From assembly GCF_009914755.1 (NCBI RefSeq), contig NC_060948.1: a stretch of 64,000 nucleotides of DNA. One strand, given 5' to 3'. Within the stretch, counting starts at the first letter, position 1. Every line of letters starts with the position of its first letter. Positions 24,669-39,100 of this stretch are shown here, piece after piece. Made by a program: the position numbers and the translations under genes. This stretch comes from the human T2T-CHM13v2.0 reference genome, Homo sapiens. The notes beneath the pieces were generated by a model that was given only the letters and a program-made list of their open reading frames with translations, was not told the origin of the DNA and did not search any database.

Positions 24669-27600
24669 GATCAGAACGGACTGGAGAGGAATGTACACAA
24701 ATGGAATGGAAACGAATGGAATGGAATGAAATGGAATTGAAAGGAACGGAATCAAATGGAATGGAATGGAATGGAATGGATTGGAATAGAATGGATTCAA
24801 ATAAAATAGAATCGATTGGAATGGTATTGAAAGGAAGGGACTTGAATGGAATGGAAAGCAATGGAAGATATTGGAATCTAATGGCATCGAATGAAATGGA
24901 ATGGAACGGAATGGAACGAACCCGAATGGAATAGAATGGACTCAAATGTAATGGACTCGAATGGAATCGACTGAAATATAATAGACTCGAAAGGAATGGC
25001 CTCGAGCGGAATTTATTTGAATAGAATGGAATCAAATGGAAAACAATAGTCTGGAATGGAATGGAATCGAATGGAATGTAATCAAATGGAATGGAACGGA
25101 ATTCAATATAATGGAGTAGAATGGAATGCATTGGAAAGGAGCAGAGTGGAATCGAGTGGATTGGAATCGAGTGGAATGGAATCAAAGGGAACGAAATGGA
25201 ATTGAATGGACTTGAATGGAATTGAGTGGAAAGGAATTGACTCGAAAGGAATGGACTGGAACAAAAAGGAATCAAATGGACAGGAATGGAATGGAATGGA
25301 CTCGAATGGAGTGGAGTCAAATGCAAACGCATCGAATGGAATGGATTCAAATGGAATGCAATTCAATGGAATAGAAAGGAAGAGAATGGAATTGAGAGTA
25401 ATGGAAAGATATCGATTGGAATGAAATGGAATGGAAAGGGATTGCATGGAAAGGAATGGACTCGAAAGAAATGGATTGGAATGGAATGGTCTCCAATGGA
25501 ATGGACTGGAGTGGAATGGAATCGAATGGAATGAAAAGAATGGAACGGAATGGAACGGAAAGGAATAGAATGTTATGGAATCCGATTGGACAGAATGGAA
25601 TGGAATGGAGTTTCATGAAATGGAGTCGAATAAAGTGGCATCAAAAGAAATGGAATGGAATGGAGTGGACTCAAAAGGAATGGACTCGAAAGGAATGGAG
25701 TCGAACAGAATGGAATGGAATGGAATGAACTCGACTGGAGTAGAGAGGAATGTAAAGGAATAGAACGGAATGTAATCAAATGGACTGCAAGTGAATGGAA
25801 TCAAAAATAATAGAAAGGAATAGAGTGTAAAGGGATGATATGGAATAAAATGGAATGGAATGGAATTTAATGGAATGGAGTCTCAGGAATGGACAGGAAT
25901 GTAATGGACTCCAATGGAATGGAATGGATCAAAATGGATTTGAACAGATTGGAATCGAACGCAATGGAATGCAATGGAATGGAATGGACTCGAATGGAGA
26001 AGAGACAAATGGAATGGAAACGAATTCAATGGAATTGAAAAGAATAGAATGGAATGGCGAGTAATGGTAAGATACTAAATGGAATGGAATTGAATGGAAT
26101 GTAGTGAAATGGACGCAAATGTAATGCACTCGAAAGGAATATACTCAAATAGAATGGAATCGAAAGGAAAGGTCTCAAATGGAATTTATTCAATACAATG
26201 GAATCGAATGGAATGCAATAGAATGGAAAGGAATCGAATGTAATGGAATCAAATAGAATGGACCAGAATGGAATGGACTGCCATAGAACGGACTGCAGTG
26301 TAAAGGATTGAATTCTAATTCATTCAAATGGAATGGAATTGAATGGAATGGAATCCAATGGAATGGATAGGATTGTACTGGAATGGAATAGCGTGGAATG
26401 CAACGGAGTGGAAAGGAGTTGAATGAAGTGGAATGGAATCGATTGGAATGGAATCAAATGGAATGGACGGGAATGGAATGGACTGGAAGAGAACAGACTC
26501 GAATATAATGGATTGCAATGTAATTGATTCAAATGGAATGGAATCGATTGGAATGTAATAAAATTGAAGGGATTGGAGTTCAATGCAATGAAATAGAATG
26601 GAATGCAAAGGAAACGAAAGGCACGGAGTGAAATCGAGTGTAATGGAATCGAATGGAATGAAATCGAATGGAATGGACTCAAAAGAAATGGACGAGGGAC
26701 AAAACGGAATCAAACTGATTGGAATCGAATGGAACGGAATGGAATGTAATGGTCTCCATTGGATGGGAGTAGAACGGATTGGAATGAAATGGAATGGAAA
26801 GGAATAGAATGGAATGGAAAGGAATGGAAGGTAATGGAAAGATATTGAACGGATTGGAAAGGAATGGAATGGACGCTAATGGAATGGAGTGGAATTCAAC
26901 AGAAACGAATGGAATGGACTGGAGTGAAATGGAGTCGAATGTAATTGACTGGAGAGGAAGGGGCTCGAAAGGAATGGACTCGAATAGAATGGACTGCAAT
27001 GGATTGTACTCGAATGGAGTGGAAAGGAATAAAATGGATTCCACGAGATTTGAATGGAACAGACTGAAATGGAATGGAATGGAATGCAATGGAATGGCTC
27101 GAATGGAATGGAGTCGAATGCAATGGAAGAGAAAGGAAAGGAATTGGACAGAATTGAAAGTAATAGAATTAAATGGAGTGCAAAGGAAAGATATCGAATG
27201 GAATGGATCGAAAAGAAGGAGAATGGAATGCACAGGAATGGAATGTAATAGAATGGAATAGACTGGCGTGCAATGAAAACGAATGGAAGGGAAACGAATG
27301 GAATGGAATGGAAAGGAATGGAGTAGAATAAATACTATGGAATGGAATGGAATGGAATGGAATGGAATGGAGGCAAAAGGAAAAGAATGGATTAGAATGT
27401 CACCGAATGGAAAGATATGGAATGGAAAGGAATGGATACGAATGGAATGGAATAGAAAGGAACGGAAAGGTAAAGAATGGAATGGAATAGGATAGAATGG
27501 AATGCTATGTAATGGAGTCGAATGGAAAATAATCGAGTAGAATGATATCGAATGGAATGGAATGGAATGGAATGGACTCGAATGGAATGTACTCAAATGG

Positions 27601-30165
27601 ATTAGAATAGAATGGAATGGAACTAAACGTAATTAACTCGAATGGAATGGGCACAAATAGAATGGAAGAGAAAGGAATGGTATTGAATGGAATTTATCCG
27701 AATAGAATGGAATTCAATGGAATGCAACAGTGTGGCATGGAATCAAATGGAATGGAATCGAATGGAATGGACCCGAGTGGAATGGACTCACATAGAACAG
27801 CCTCGAATGTAATGGATTACAATATATTAGATTCGAAAGGACTGAAATCGAATGGAATGTAAAAAAATAGAACGGAATTGAATGCATGGAATGGCATAGA
27901 AAGTAATGCAATGGAATGGAATAGACTGGAATGGAATGGAATCGGATGGAATGTAATGAAATGTAATGGAAGGAATGCCATGGAATAGAATGGAATGGAA
28001 TGCAATGGGACGGTGTATAATGGAGTGCCATGGATTTCAGAGGAATGCAGTCAAAAGGAATGAAATAGAATGGAATTCAATAAAATGGAATGGCATCCAA
28101 TGGCAAGGAATGGAGCGGACTCCAGTGGAAACGACATGAAAGGAATATAATATAATGGAATGGCATTGAACGAAATGGAAAGCAATGGAGTTAAAAGGTA
28201 AAATATCGAATGGAATAGAATTGAATGGACTCGAATGGAATATAATGGAATGGAATGGATTCGAATGGAATGTACTAGAGTTGTATGGATTCGAATGGAA
28301 TGGAAAACAATGGAAAGAAAGGAAGGGAATTGAAAGGAAAGGAATAGAATGGAATGGAATCGGATGGAACAGAATTGAATGGAATGGAAATTAAAGGAAT
28401 AGAATAGAAAGGAATGGCATTGAATGGAATGGAAATGAATGGAATCAGATGGAACAGAAAGGAATGGAATAGAATCGAATGGAATGGCAACGAACGGATT
28501 GGAATGGAATGTAATGGAATGGAATGGAAAGGAATGGAATGGACTCAAATGGAATGTACTCAAATGGAATAGAATAGAATGGAATGGAAGTAAATATAAT
28601 GGACTCGAGTGGAATGGATTGGAATAAATTGGAATTGAATGTATTGGATTCGAATGGAAAGGAATGGAATGGAATGGAATGGAATGGAATGGATTCGAAT
28701 GGAATGGAACGAATTGGAATGTAATTGAATGGAGTCGAAAACAGTAGAAAGAAATAAAGTATAATCGAATGATATCGAATGGAATTGAATGGAATGTACG
28801 CGAATGGAATGGACTGGAATGGAATGGAATGACATGTAATGGAATCGAAAGGAATGGAATCGAATGAAATGGAATTGAATGGAATAGAAAGGAATAGAAT
28901 GGAATGGAGTTTAATGGAAAGATATTAAAAGTAATGGACTGGAATTGAGTGGACACAAATGGAATGGACTGGAATGGAAAGGACTCGAATGAAATGGAGC
29001 GCATTAGAATGGACTCGAATGGAACGGATTGGTGTGGAATTGTCTCGAATGGATTGGAAACGAATGGAATGGAAAAGAATAGAATGGAATGTAATCAAAT
29101 GGAACGAAATGGAATGGAATGGATTCGACTGAAACAGAATTAACTGGAGTGGAATTGAATGGAATGGAATGCAATCGAATGGAATGGACACGAATGGAAT
29201 AGAATGAAATGAAATGGCATAGAATGGAATGGAATGGAATGGAATGGAATGGAATGGAATGGATTGGAATGGAATGGAATGGCATGGCATGGAATGGAAT
29301 GGCATGCAATGAAATGGATTGGAATGGAATGGGTCCAAAAGTAATGGACTCAAATAAAAGGGACTGAAATAGAATGAATTGTAAAGAAACGGTCTCGAAT
29401 GTAATTTATTCGAATAGAATGATATTGAATGGAATGCGATAGTATAGAATGGTATCGAATAGAATGGAATGGAATGGAACGGAATGGAGTGCATTTGAAC
29501 GGACTCAAATGCAATAAATTGCAATATAATTGATTCAAATGGAATGAAATCGAATAGAATGTAAACAAATGGAATGGAAGGCAATGCAATGGAAAGGAAT
29601 CGAATGAAATGGAATAAATGGGATGGAATCGAATGGAAAGGACGCGAATATAATGGACTGTTAAGGAAAGGTCTCGAATCGAATTTATTCCAATAGAATG
29701 GAATCGAATGGAATGCAATACTATTGAATCGAATCGAATGGAATGGAATTGAATGGAATGGACAGGAATGGAATGAACTGGAAGTGAATGGAGAAGAACG
29801 TAATATATTGCAATGTAATTTATTCAAATGGAATGGAAAGCAATCGAATGGAATGGACGCGATTGCAATGGATTGGAGTGGAATGGACTGAAATGGAATG
29901 GAAACGAATGTAATGGAATGGAAAGGAAAGCAAAGGAATCTACCGGAATGGAATCGAACGGAAGAGAAAGGAATGGAATAGAATGGAGTGGAATGGACTC
30001 GAATGGAATGTATTCGAATGTAATGGACCTGAAAGGAATGTAATAAAATGGAATGGAATTGAATGGAATCAAAAGGAATAGAAAGGAATAGAGTGTAATT
30101 GAATGATATCGAATGGAAGGGAATGGAATGAAGTCGAATGGAATGCACTGGAATGGAATGGACTC
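24669..30165 (+). repeat. 5.5-kb HOR unit U3 (5497 bp)
   Basis: Landmark spacing. Sister of U2. Confidence 0.9.
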
Positions 30166-30703
30166 GATCAGAACGGACTGGAGAGGAATGTACAGAAATG
30201 GAATGGAAACGAATGGAATGAAAAGAATGGAACGGAATGGAATGGAAAGGAATAGAATGTTATGGAATCCGATTGAACAGAATGGAATGGAATGCAGTTT
30301 CATGAAATGGAGTCGAATATAGTGGCATCAAAAGGAATGGAATGGAGTGGACTCAAAAGGAATGGACTCGAAAGGAATGGAGTCGAACCAAATTGAATCA
30401 AATGGATTGGAGTCGAACAGAATGGAATGGAATGGAATGAACTCGACTGGAGTAGAGAGGAATGTAAAGGAATAGAATGGAATGTAATCAAATGGATTGC
30501 AAGTGAATGGAATCAAAAATAATAGAAAGGAATGGAGTGTAAAGGGATGATATTGAATTAAATGGAATGGAATGGAATTTAATGGAATGGAGTCGAAGGA
30601 ATGGACAGGAATGTAATGGACTCCAATGGAATGGAATGGATCAAAATGGATTTGAACAGATTGGAATCGAACGGAATGGAATGCAATGAAATGGAATGGA
30701 CTC
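30166..30703 (+). repeat. 538-bp internally deleted 1.37-kb-type monomer embedded in the 5.5-kb array
   Basis: Two GATCAGAACGG landmarks only 538 bp apart. The sequence jumps at ~30,210-30,220 from ...GGAAACGAATGGAATG to AAAAGAATGGAACGG and ends in the 1.37-kb-type junction GCAATGAAATGGAATGGACTCGATCAG. Confidence 0.88.
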
Positions 30704-33700
30704 GATCAGAACGGACTGGAGAGGAATGTACACAAATGGAATGGAAACGAAAGGAATGGAATGAAATGGAATGGAATGCAATGGAATTGAAAGGAACGGA
30801 ATCAAATGGAATGGAATGGAATGGAATGGATTGGAATAGAATGGATTCAAATAAAATAGAATCGATTGGAATGGTATTGAATGGAAGGGACTTGAATGGA
30901 ATGGAAAGCAATGGAAGATATTGGAATCGAATGGCACCGAATGAAATGGAATGGAACGGAATGGAACGGACCCGAATGGAATGGAATGGACTCAAATGTA
31001 ATGGACTCGAATGGAATCGACTGAAATATAATAGACTCGAAAGGAATGGCCTCGAGCGGAATTTATTTGAATAGAATGGAATCAAATGGAATACAATAGT
31101 ATTGAATGGAATGGAATGGAATGGAATCGAATGGAATGTAATCAAATGGAATGGAACGGAATTCAATATAATGGAGTAGAATGGAATGCATTGGAAAGGA
31201 GCAGAGTGGAATCGAGTGGATTGGAATCGAGTGGAATGGAATCAAAGGGAACGAAATCGAATTGAATGGACTTGAATGGAATTGAGTCGAAAGGAATTGA
31301 CTCGAAAGGAATGGACTGGAACAAAAAGGAATCAAATGGACAGGAATGGAATGGAATGGACTCGAATGGAGTGGAGTCAAATGCAAACGCATCGAATGGA
31401 ATGGATTCAAGTGGAATGCAATTGAATGGAATAGAAAGGAAGAGAATGGAATTGAGAGTAATGGAAAGATATCGATTGGAATGAAATGGAATGGAAAGGA
31501 ATTGCATGGAAAGGAATGGACTCGAAAGAAATGGATTGGAATGGAATGGTCTACATTGGAATGGACTGGAGTGGAATGGAATCGAATGGAATGAAAAGAA
31601 TGGAACCGAATGGGACGGAAAAGAATAGAATGTTATGGAATCCGATTGGACAGAATGGAATGGAATGGAGTTTCATGAAATGGAGTCGAATAGAGTGGCA
31701 TCAAAAGGAATGGAATCGAATGGAGTGGACTCAAAAGGAATGGACTCGAAAGGAATGGAGTCGAACAGAATGGAATGGAATGGAATGAACTCGACTGGAG
31801 TAGAGAGGAATGTAAAGGATTAGAATGGAATGTAATCAAATGGATTGCAAGTGAATGGAATCAAAAATAATAGAAAGGAATGGAGTGTAAAGGGATGATA
31901 TTGAATAAATTGGAATGGAATGGAATTTAATGGAATGGAGTCTCAGGAATGGACAGGAATGTAATGGACTCCAATGGAATGGAATGGATCAAAATGGATT
32001 TGAACAGATTGGAATCGAACGCAATGGAATGCAATGGAATGGAATGGACTCGAATGGAGAAGAGACAAATGGAATGGAAACGAATGCAATGGAATTGAAA
32101 AGAATAGAATGGAATGGCGTGTAATGGTAAGATACTAAATGGAATGGAATTGAATGGAATGTAGTGGAATGGACCCAAATGTAATGCACTCGAATGGAAT
32201 ATACTCAAATAGAATGGAATCGAAAGGAAAGGTCTCAAATGGAATTTATTCAATACAATGGAATCGAATGGAATGCAATAGAATGGAAAGGAATCGAATG
32301 TAATGGAATCAAATAGAATGGACCAGAATGGAATAGACTGCCATAGAACGGACTGCAGTGTAAAGGATTGAATTCAAATTCATTCAAAAGGAATGGAATT
32401 GAATGGAATGGAATCCAATGGAATGGATAGGATTGTACTGGAATGGAATAGCATGGAATGCAACGGAGTGGAATGGAGTTGAATGAAGTGGAATGGAATC
32501 GATTGGAATGGAATCAAATGGAATGGACGGGAATGGAATGGACTGGAAGAGAACAGACTCGAATATAATGGATTGCAATGTAATTGATTCAAATGGAATG
32601 GAATCGAATGGAATGTAATAAAATTGAAGGGATTGGAGTTCAATGCAATGAAATAGAATGGAATGCAAAGGAAAGGAAAGGCACGGAGTGAAATCGAGTG
32701 TAATGGAATCGAATGGAATGAAATCGAATGGAATGGACTCAAAAGAAATGGGCGAGGGACAAAACGGAATCGAACTGATTGGAATCGAATGGAACGGAAT
32801 GGAATGTAATGGTCTCCATTGGATGGGAGTAGAACGGATTGGAATGAAATGGAATGGAAAGGAATAGAATGGAATGGAAAGGAATGGAAGGTAATGGAAA
32901 GATATCGAACGGATTGGAAAGGAATGGAATGGACGCTAATGGAATGGAATGGAATTCAACAGAAACGAATGGAATGGACTGGAGTGAAATGGAGTCGAAT
33001 GTAATTGACTGGAGAGGAATGGACTCGAAAGGAATGGACTCGAATAGAATGGACTGGAAAGGATTGTACTCGAATGGAGTGGAAAGGAATAAAATGGATT
33101 CCACCAGATTGGAATGGAACAGAATGTTATGGAATGGAATGGAATGCAATGGAATGTCTCGAATGGAATGGAGTCGAATGCAATGGAAGAGAAAGGAAAG
33201 GAATTGGATGGAATTGAAAGTAATAGAATTAAATGGAGTGCAAAGGAAAGATATCGAATGGAATGGATCGAAAAGAAATAGAATGGAATGGACAGGAATG
33301 GAATGGAATAGAATGGAATAGACTGGCGTGCAATGAAAACGAATGGAATGGAAACGAATGGAATGGAATGGAAAGGAATGGAGTAGAATAAATACTATGG
33401 AATGGAATGGAATGGAATGGAATGGAGGCGAAAGGAAAAGAATGGATTGGAATGTCACCGAATAGAAAGGTATGGAATGGAAAGGAATGGATACGAATGG
33501 AATGGAATAGAAAGGAACGGAAAGGTAACAATGGAATGGAATCGGATAGAATGGAATGCAATGTAATGGAGTCGAATTGAAAATAATCGAGTAGAATGAT
33601 ATCGAATGGAATGGAATGGAATGGAATGGACTCGAATGGAATATACTCAAATGGATTAGAATAGAATGGAATGGAACTAAACGTAATGAACTCGAATGGA

Positions 33701-36194
33701 ATGGACACAAATAGAATGGAAGAGAAAGGAATGGTATTGAATGGAATTTATTCGAATAGAAAGGAATTCAATGGAATGCAACAGTGTGGCATGGAATCAA
33801 ATGGAATGGAATCGAATGGAATGGACCCGAGTGGAATGGACTCACATAGAACAGCCTCGAATGTAATGGATGACAATGTATTAGATTCGAAAGGACTGAA
33901 ATCGAATGGAATGTAATCAAATAGAACGGAATTGAATGCATGGAATGGCATAGAAAGTAATGCAATGGAATGGAATAGAATGGAATGGAATGGAATCGGA
34001 TGGAATGTAATGAAATGTAATGGAAGGAATGCCATGGAATGGAATGGAATGGAATGCAATGGGACGGTGTATAATGGAGTGCCATGGATTTCAGTGGAAT
34101 GTAGTCAAAAGGAATGAAATAGAATGGAATTCAATATAATGGAATGGCATCCAATGGCAAGGAATGGAGCGGACTCCAATGGAAACGACATGAAAGGAAT
34201 ATAATATAATGGAATGGCAATGAACGAAATGGAATGCAATGGGGTTAAAAGGTAAAATATCGAATGGAAAAGAATTGAATGGACTCGAATGGAATATAAT
34301 GGAATGGAATGGACTCGAATGGAATGTACTAGAGTTGAATGGAATCGAATGGAATGGAAAACAATGGAAAGGAAAGGAAGGGAATTGAAAGGAAAGGAAT
34401 AGAATGGAATGGAATCGGATGGAACAGAATTGAATGGAATGGAAACTAAAGGAATAGAATAGAAAGGAATGGCATTGAATGGAATGGAAATGAATGGAAT
34501 CAGATGGAACAGAAAGGAATGGAATGGCATGGAATGGATTGGAATGGAATGTAATGGAATGGAATGGAAAGGAATGGAATGGACTCAAATGGAATGTACT
34601 CAAATGGAATAGAATAGAATGGAATGGAAATAAATATAATGGACTCGAGTGGAATGGATTGGAATAAATTGGAATTGAATGTCTTGGATTCGAATGGAAA
34701 GGAATGGAATGGAATGGAATGGAATGGAATGGAATGGATTCGAATGGAATGGAACGAATTGGAATGTAATTGAATGGAGTCGAAAACAGTAGCAAGAAAA
34801 GAAGTTTAATCGAATGATATCGAATGGAATTGAATGGAATGTACGCGAATGGAATGGACTGGAATGGAATAGAATGACATGTAATGGAATCGAAAGGAAT
34901 GGAATCGAATGAAATGGAACTGAATGGAATAGAAAGGAATAGAATGGAATGGAGTTTAATGAAAGATATTAAAGGTAATGGAATGGAATTGAGTGGACAC
35001 AAATGGAATGGACTGGAATGGAAAGGACTCGAATGAAATGGACCGCATTAGAATGGACTCGAATGGAACGGATTGGTGTGGAATGATCTCGAATGGATTG
35101 GAAACGAATGGAATGGAAAAGAATAGAATGGAATGTAATCAAATGGAACGAAATGGAATGGAATGGATTCGACTGGAACAGAATTGAATGGAGTGGAGTT
35201 GAATGGAATGGAATGCAATCGAATGGAATGGACACGAATGGAATAGAATGAAATGAAATGGCATAGAATGGAATGGAATGGAATGGAATGGAATGGAATG
35301 GAATGGAATGGCATGGAATGGAATGGAATGGCATGGAATGAAATGGATTGGAATGGGATGGGCCCAAAAGTAATGGACTCAAATAAAAGGGACTCAAATA
35401 GAATGAATTGTAAAGAAACGGTCTCGAATGTAATTTATTCGAATAGAATGATATTGAATGGAATGCAATAGTATGGAATGGTATCGAATAGAATGGAATG
35501 GAATGGAACGGAATGGAGTGCATTTGAACGGACTCAAATGCAATAAATTGCAATATAATTGATTCAAATGGAATGAAATCGAATAGAATGTAAACAAATG
35601 GAATGGAAGGCAATGCAATGGAAAGGAATCCAATGAAATGGAATAAATGGGGTGGAATCGAATGGAAAGGACGCGAATATAATGGACTGTTAAGGAAAGG
35701 TCTCGAATCGAATTTATTCCAATAGAATGGAATCGAATGGAATGCAACACTATTGAATCGAATCGAATGGAATGGAATTGAATGGAATGGACAGGAATGG
35801 AATGAACTGGAAGTGAATGGACAAGAACGTAATATATTGCAATGTAATTTATTCAAATGGAATGGAAAGCAATCGAATGGAATGGACGCGATTGCAATGG
35901 ACTGGAGTGGAATGGACTGAAATGGAATGGAAACGAATGTAATGGAATGGAACGGAAAGCAAAGGAATCTACCGGAATGGAATCGAACGGAACAGAAAGG
36001 AATGGAATAGAATGGAGTGGAATGGACTCGAATGGAATGTATTCGAATGTAATGGACCTGAAAGGAATGTAATCCAATGGAATGGAATTGAATGGAATCA
36101 AAAGGAATAGAAAGGAATAGAGTGTAATTGAATGATATCGAATGGAAGGGAATGGAATGAAGTCGAATGGAATGCACTGGAATGGAATGGACTC
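30704..36194 (+). repeat. 5.5-kb HOR unit U4 (5491 bp)
   Basis: Landmark spacing. Shares AGTAGCAAGAAAAG with U5 and GATATTAAAGGTAATGG with U1 and U5. Confidence 0.9.
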
Positions 36195-39100
36195 GATCAG
36201 AACGGACTGGAGAGGAATGTACACAAATGGAATGGAAACGAATGGAATGGAATGAAATGGAATGGAATGCAACGGAATTGAAAGGAACGGAATCAAATGG
36301 AATGGAATGGAATGGAATGGATTGGAATAGAATGGATTCAAATAAAATAGAATCGATTGGAATGGTATTGAATGGAAGGGACTTGAATGGAATGGAAAGC
36401 AATGGAAGATATTGGAATCGAATGGCATCGAATGAAATGGAATGGAACGGAATGGAACGGACCCGAATGGAATGGAATGGACTCAAATGTAATGGACTCG
36501 AATGGAATCGACTGAAATATAATAGACTCGAAAGGAATGGCCTCGAGCGGAATTTATTTGAATAGAATGGAATCAAATGGAATACAATAGTATTGAATGG
36601 AATCGAATGGAATGGAATCGAATGGAATGTAATCAAATGGAATGGAACGGAATTCAATATAATGGAGTAGAATGGAATGCATTGGAAAGGAGCAGAGTGG
36701 AATCGAGTGGATTGGAATCGAGTGGAATGGAATCAAAGGGAACGAAATCGAATTGAATAGACTTGAATGGAATTGAGTAGAAAGGAATTGACTCGAAAGG
36801 AATGGACTGGAACAAAAAGGAATCAAATGGACAGGAATGGAATGGAATGGACTCGAATGGAGTGGAGTCAAATGCAAACGCATCGAATGGAATGGATTCA
36901 AATGGAATGCAATTGAATGGAATAGAAAGGAAGAGAATGGAACTGAGAGTAACGGAAAGATATCGATTGGAATGAAATGGAATGGAAAGGAATTGCATGG
37001 AAAGGAATGGACTCGAAAGAAATGGATTGGAATGGAATGGTCTCCAATGGAATGGACTGGAGTGGAATGGAATCGAATGGAATGAAAAGAATGGAACGGA
37101 ATGGAACGGAAAAGAATAGAATGCTATGGAATCCGATTGGACAGAATGGAATGGAATGGAGTTTCATGAAATGGAGTCGAATAGAGTGGCATCAAAAGGA
37201 ATGGAATCGAATGGAGTGGAGTCAAAAGGAATGGACTCGAAAGGAATGGAGTCGAACAGAATGGAATGCAATGGAATGAACTCGACTGGAGTAGAGAGGA
37301 ATGTAAAGGAATAGAATGGAATGTAATCAAATGGATTGCAAGTGAATGGAATCAAAAATAATAGAAAGCAATGGAGTGTAAAGGGATGATATTGAATAAA
37401 ATGGAATGGAATGGAATTTAATGGAATGGAGTCTCAGGAATGGACAGGAATGTAATGGACTCCAATGGAATGGAATGGATCAAAACGGATTTGAACAGAT
37501 TGGAATCGAACGCAAAGGAATGAAATGGAATGGAATGGACTCGAATGGAGAAGAGACAAATGGAATGGAAACGAATTCAATGGAATTGAAAGGAATAGAA
37601 TGGAATGACCTGTAATGTTAAGATAGTAAATGGAATGGAATTGAATGGAATGTAGTGGAATGGACCCAAATGTAATGCACTCGAATGGAATATACTCAAA
37701 TAGAATGGAATCGAAAGGAAAGGTCTCAAATGGAATTTATTCAATACAATGGAATCGAATGGAATGCAATAGAATGGAAAGGAATCGAATGTAATGGAAT
37801 CAAATAGAATGGACCAGAATGGAATGGACTGCCATAGAACGGACTGCAGTGTAAAGGATTGAATTCTAATTCATTCAAATGGAATGGAATTGAATGGAAT
37901 GGAATCCAATGGAATGGATAGGATTGTACTGGAATGGAATAGCATGGAATGCAACGGAGTGGAATGGAGTTGAATGAAGTGGAATGGAATCGATTGGAAT
38001 GGAATCAAATGGAATGGACGGGAATGGAATGGACTGGAAGAGAACAGACTCGAATATAATGGATTGCAATGTAATTGATTCAAATGGAATGGAATCGAAT
38101 GGAATGTAATAAAATTGAAGGGATTGGAGTTCAATGCAATGAAATAGAAGGGAATGCAAAGGAAAGGAAAGGCACGGAGTGAAATCGAGTGTAATGGAAT
38201 CGAATGGAATGAAATCGAATGGAATGGACTCAAGAAATGGACGAGGGACAAAACGGAATCGAACTGATTGGAATCGAATGGAACGGAATGTAATGGAATG
38301 GTCTCCATTGGATGGGAGTAGAACGGATTGGAATGAAATGGAATGGAAAGGAATAGAATGGAATGGAAAGGAATGGAAGGTAAAGGAAAGATATCGAACG
38401 GATTGGAAAGGAATGGAATGGACGCTAATGGAATAGAGTGGAATTCAACAGAAACGAATGGAATGGACTGGAGTGAAATGGAGTCGAATGTAATTGACTG
38501 GAGAGGAATGGACTCGAAAGGAATGGACTCGAATAGAATGGAGTGGAATGGATTGTACTCGAATGGAGTGGAAAGGAATAAAATGGATTCCACCAGATTG
38601 GAATGGAACAGAATGTAATGCAATGGAATGGAATGCAATGGAATGGCTCGAATGGAATGGAGTCGAATGCAATGGAAGAGAAAGGAAAGGAATTGGATGG
38701 AATTGAAAGTAATAGAATTAAATGGAGTGCAAAGGAAAGATATCGAATGGAATGGATCGAAAAGAAATTGAATGGAATGGACAGGAATGGAATGGAATAG
38801 AATGGAATAGACTGGCGTGCAATGAAAACGAATGGAATGGAAACGAATGGAATGGAATGGAAAGGAATGGAGTAGAATAAATACTATGGAATGGAATGGA
38901 ATGGAATGGAATGGAATGGAATGGAATGGAGGCGAAAGGAAACGAATGGATTGGAATGTCACCGAATGGAAAGGTATGGAATGGAAAGGAATGGATACGA
39001 ATGGAATGGAATAGAAAGGAACGGAAAGGTAAAGAATGGAATGGAATCGGATAGAATGGAATGCAATGTAATGGAGTCGAATGGAAAATAATCGAGTAGA

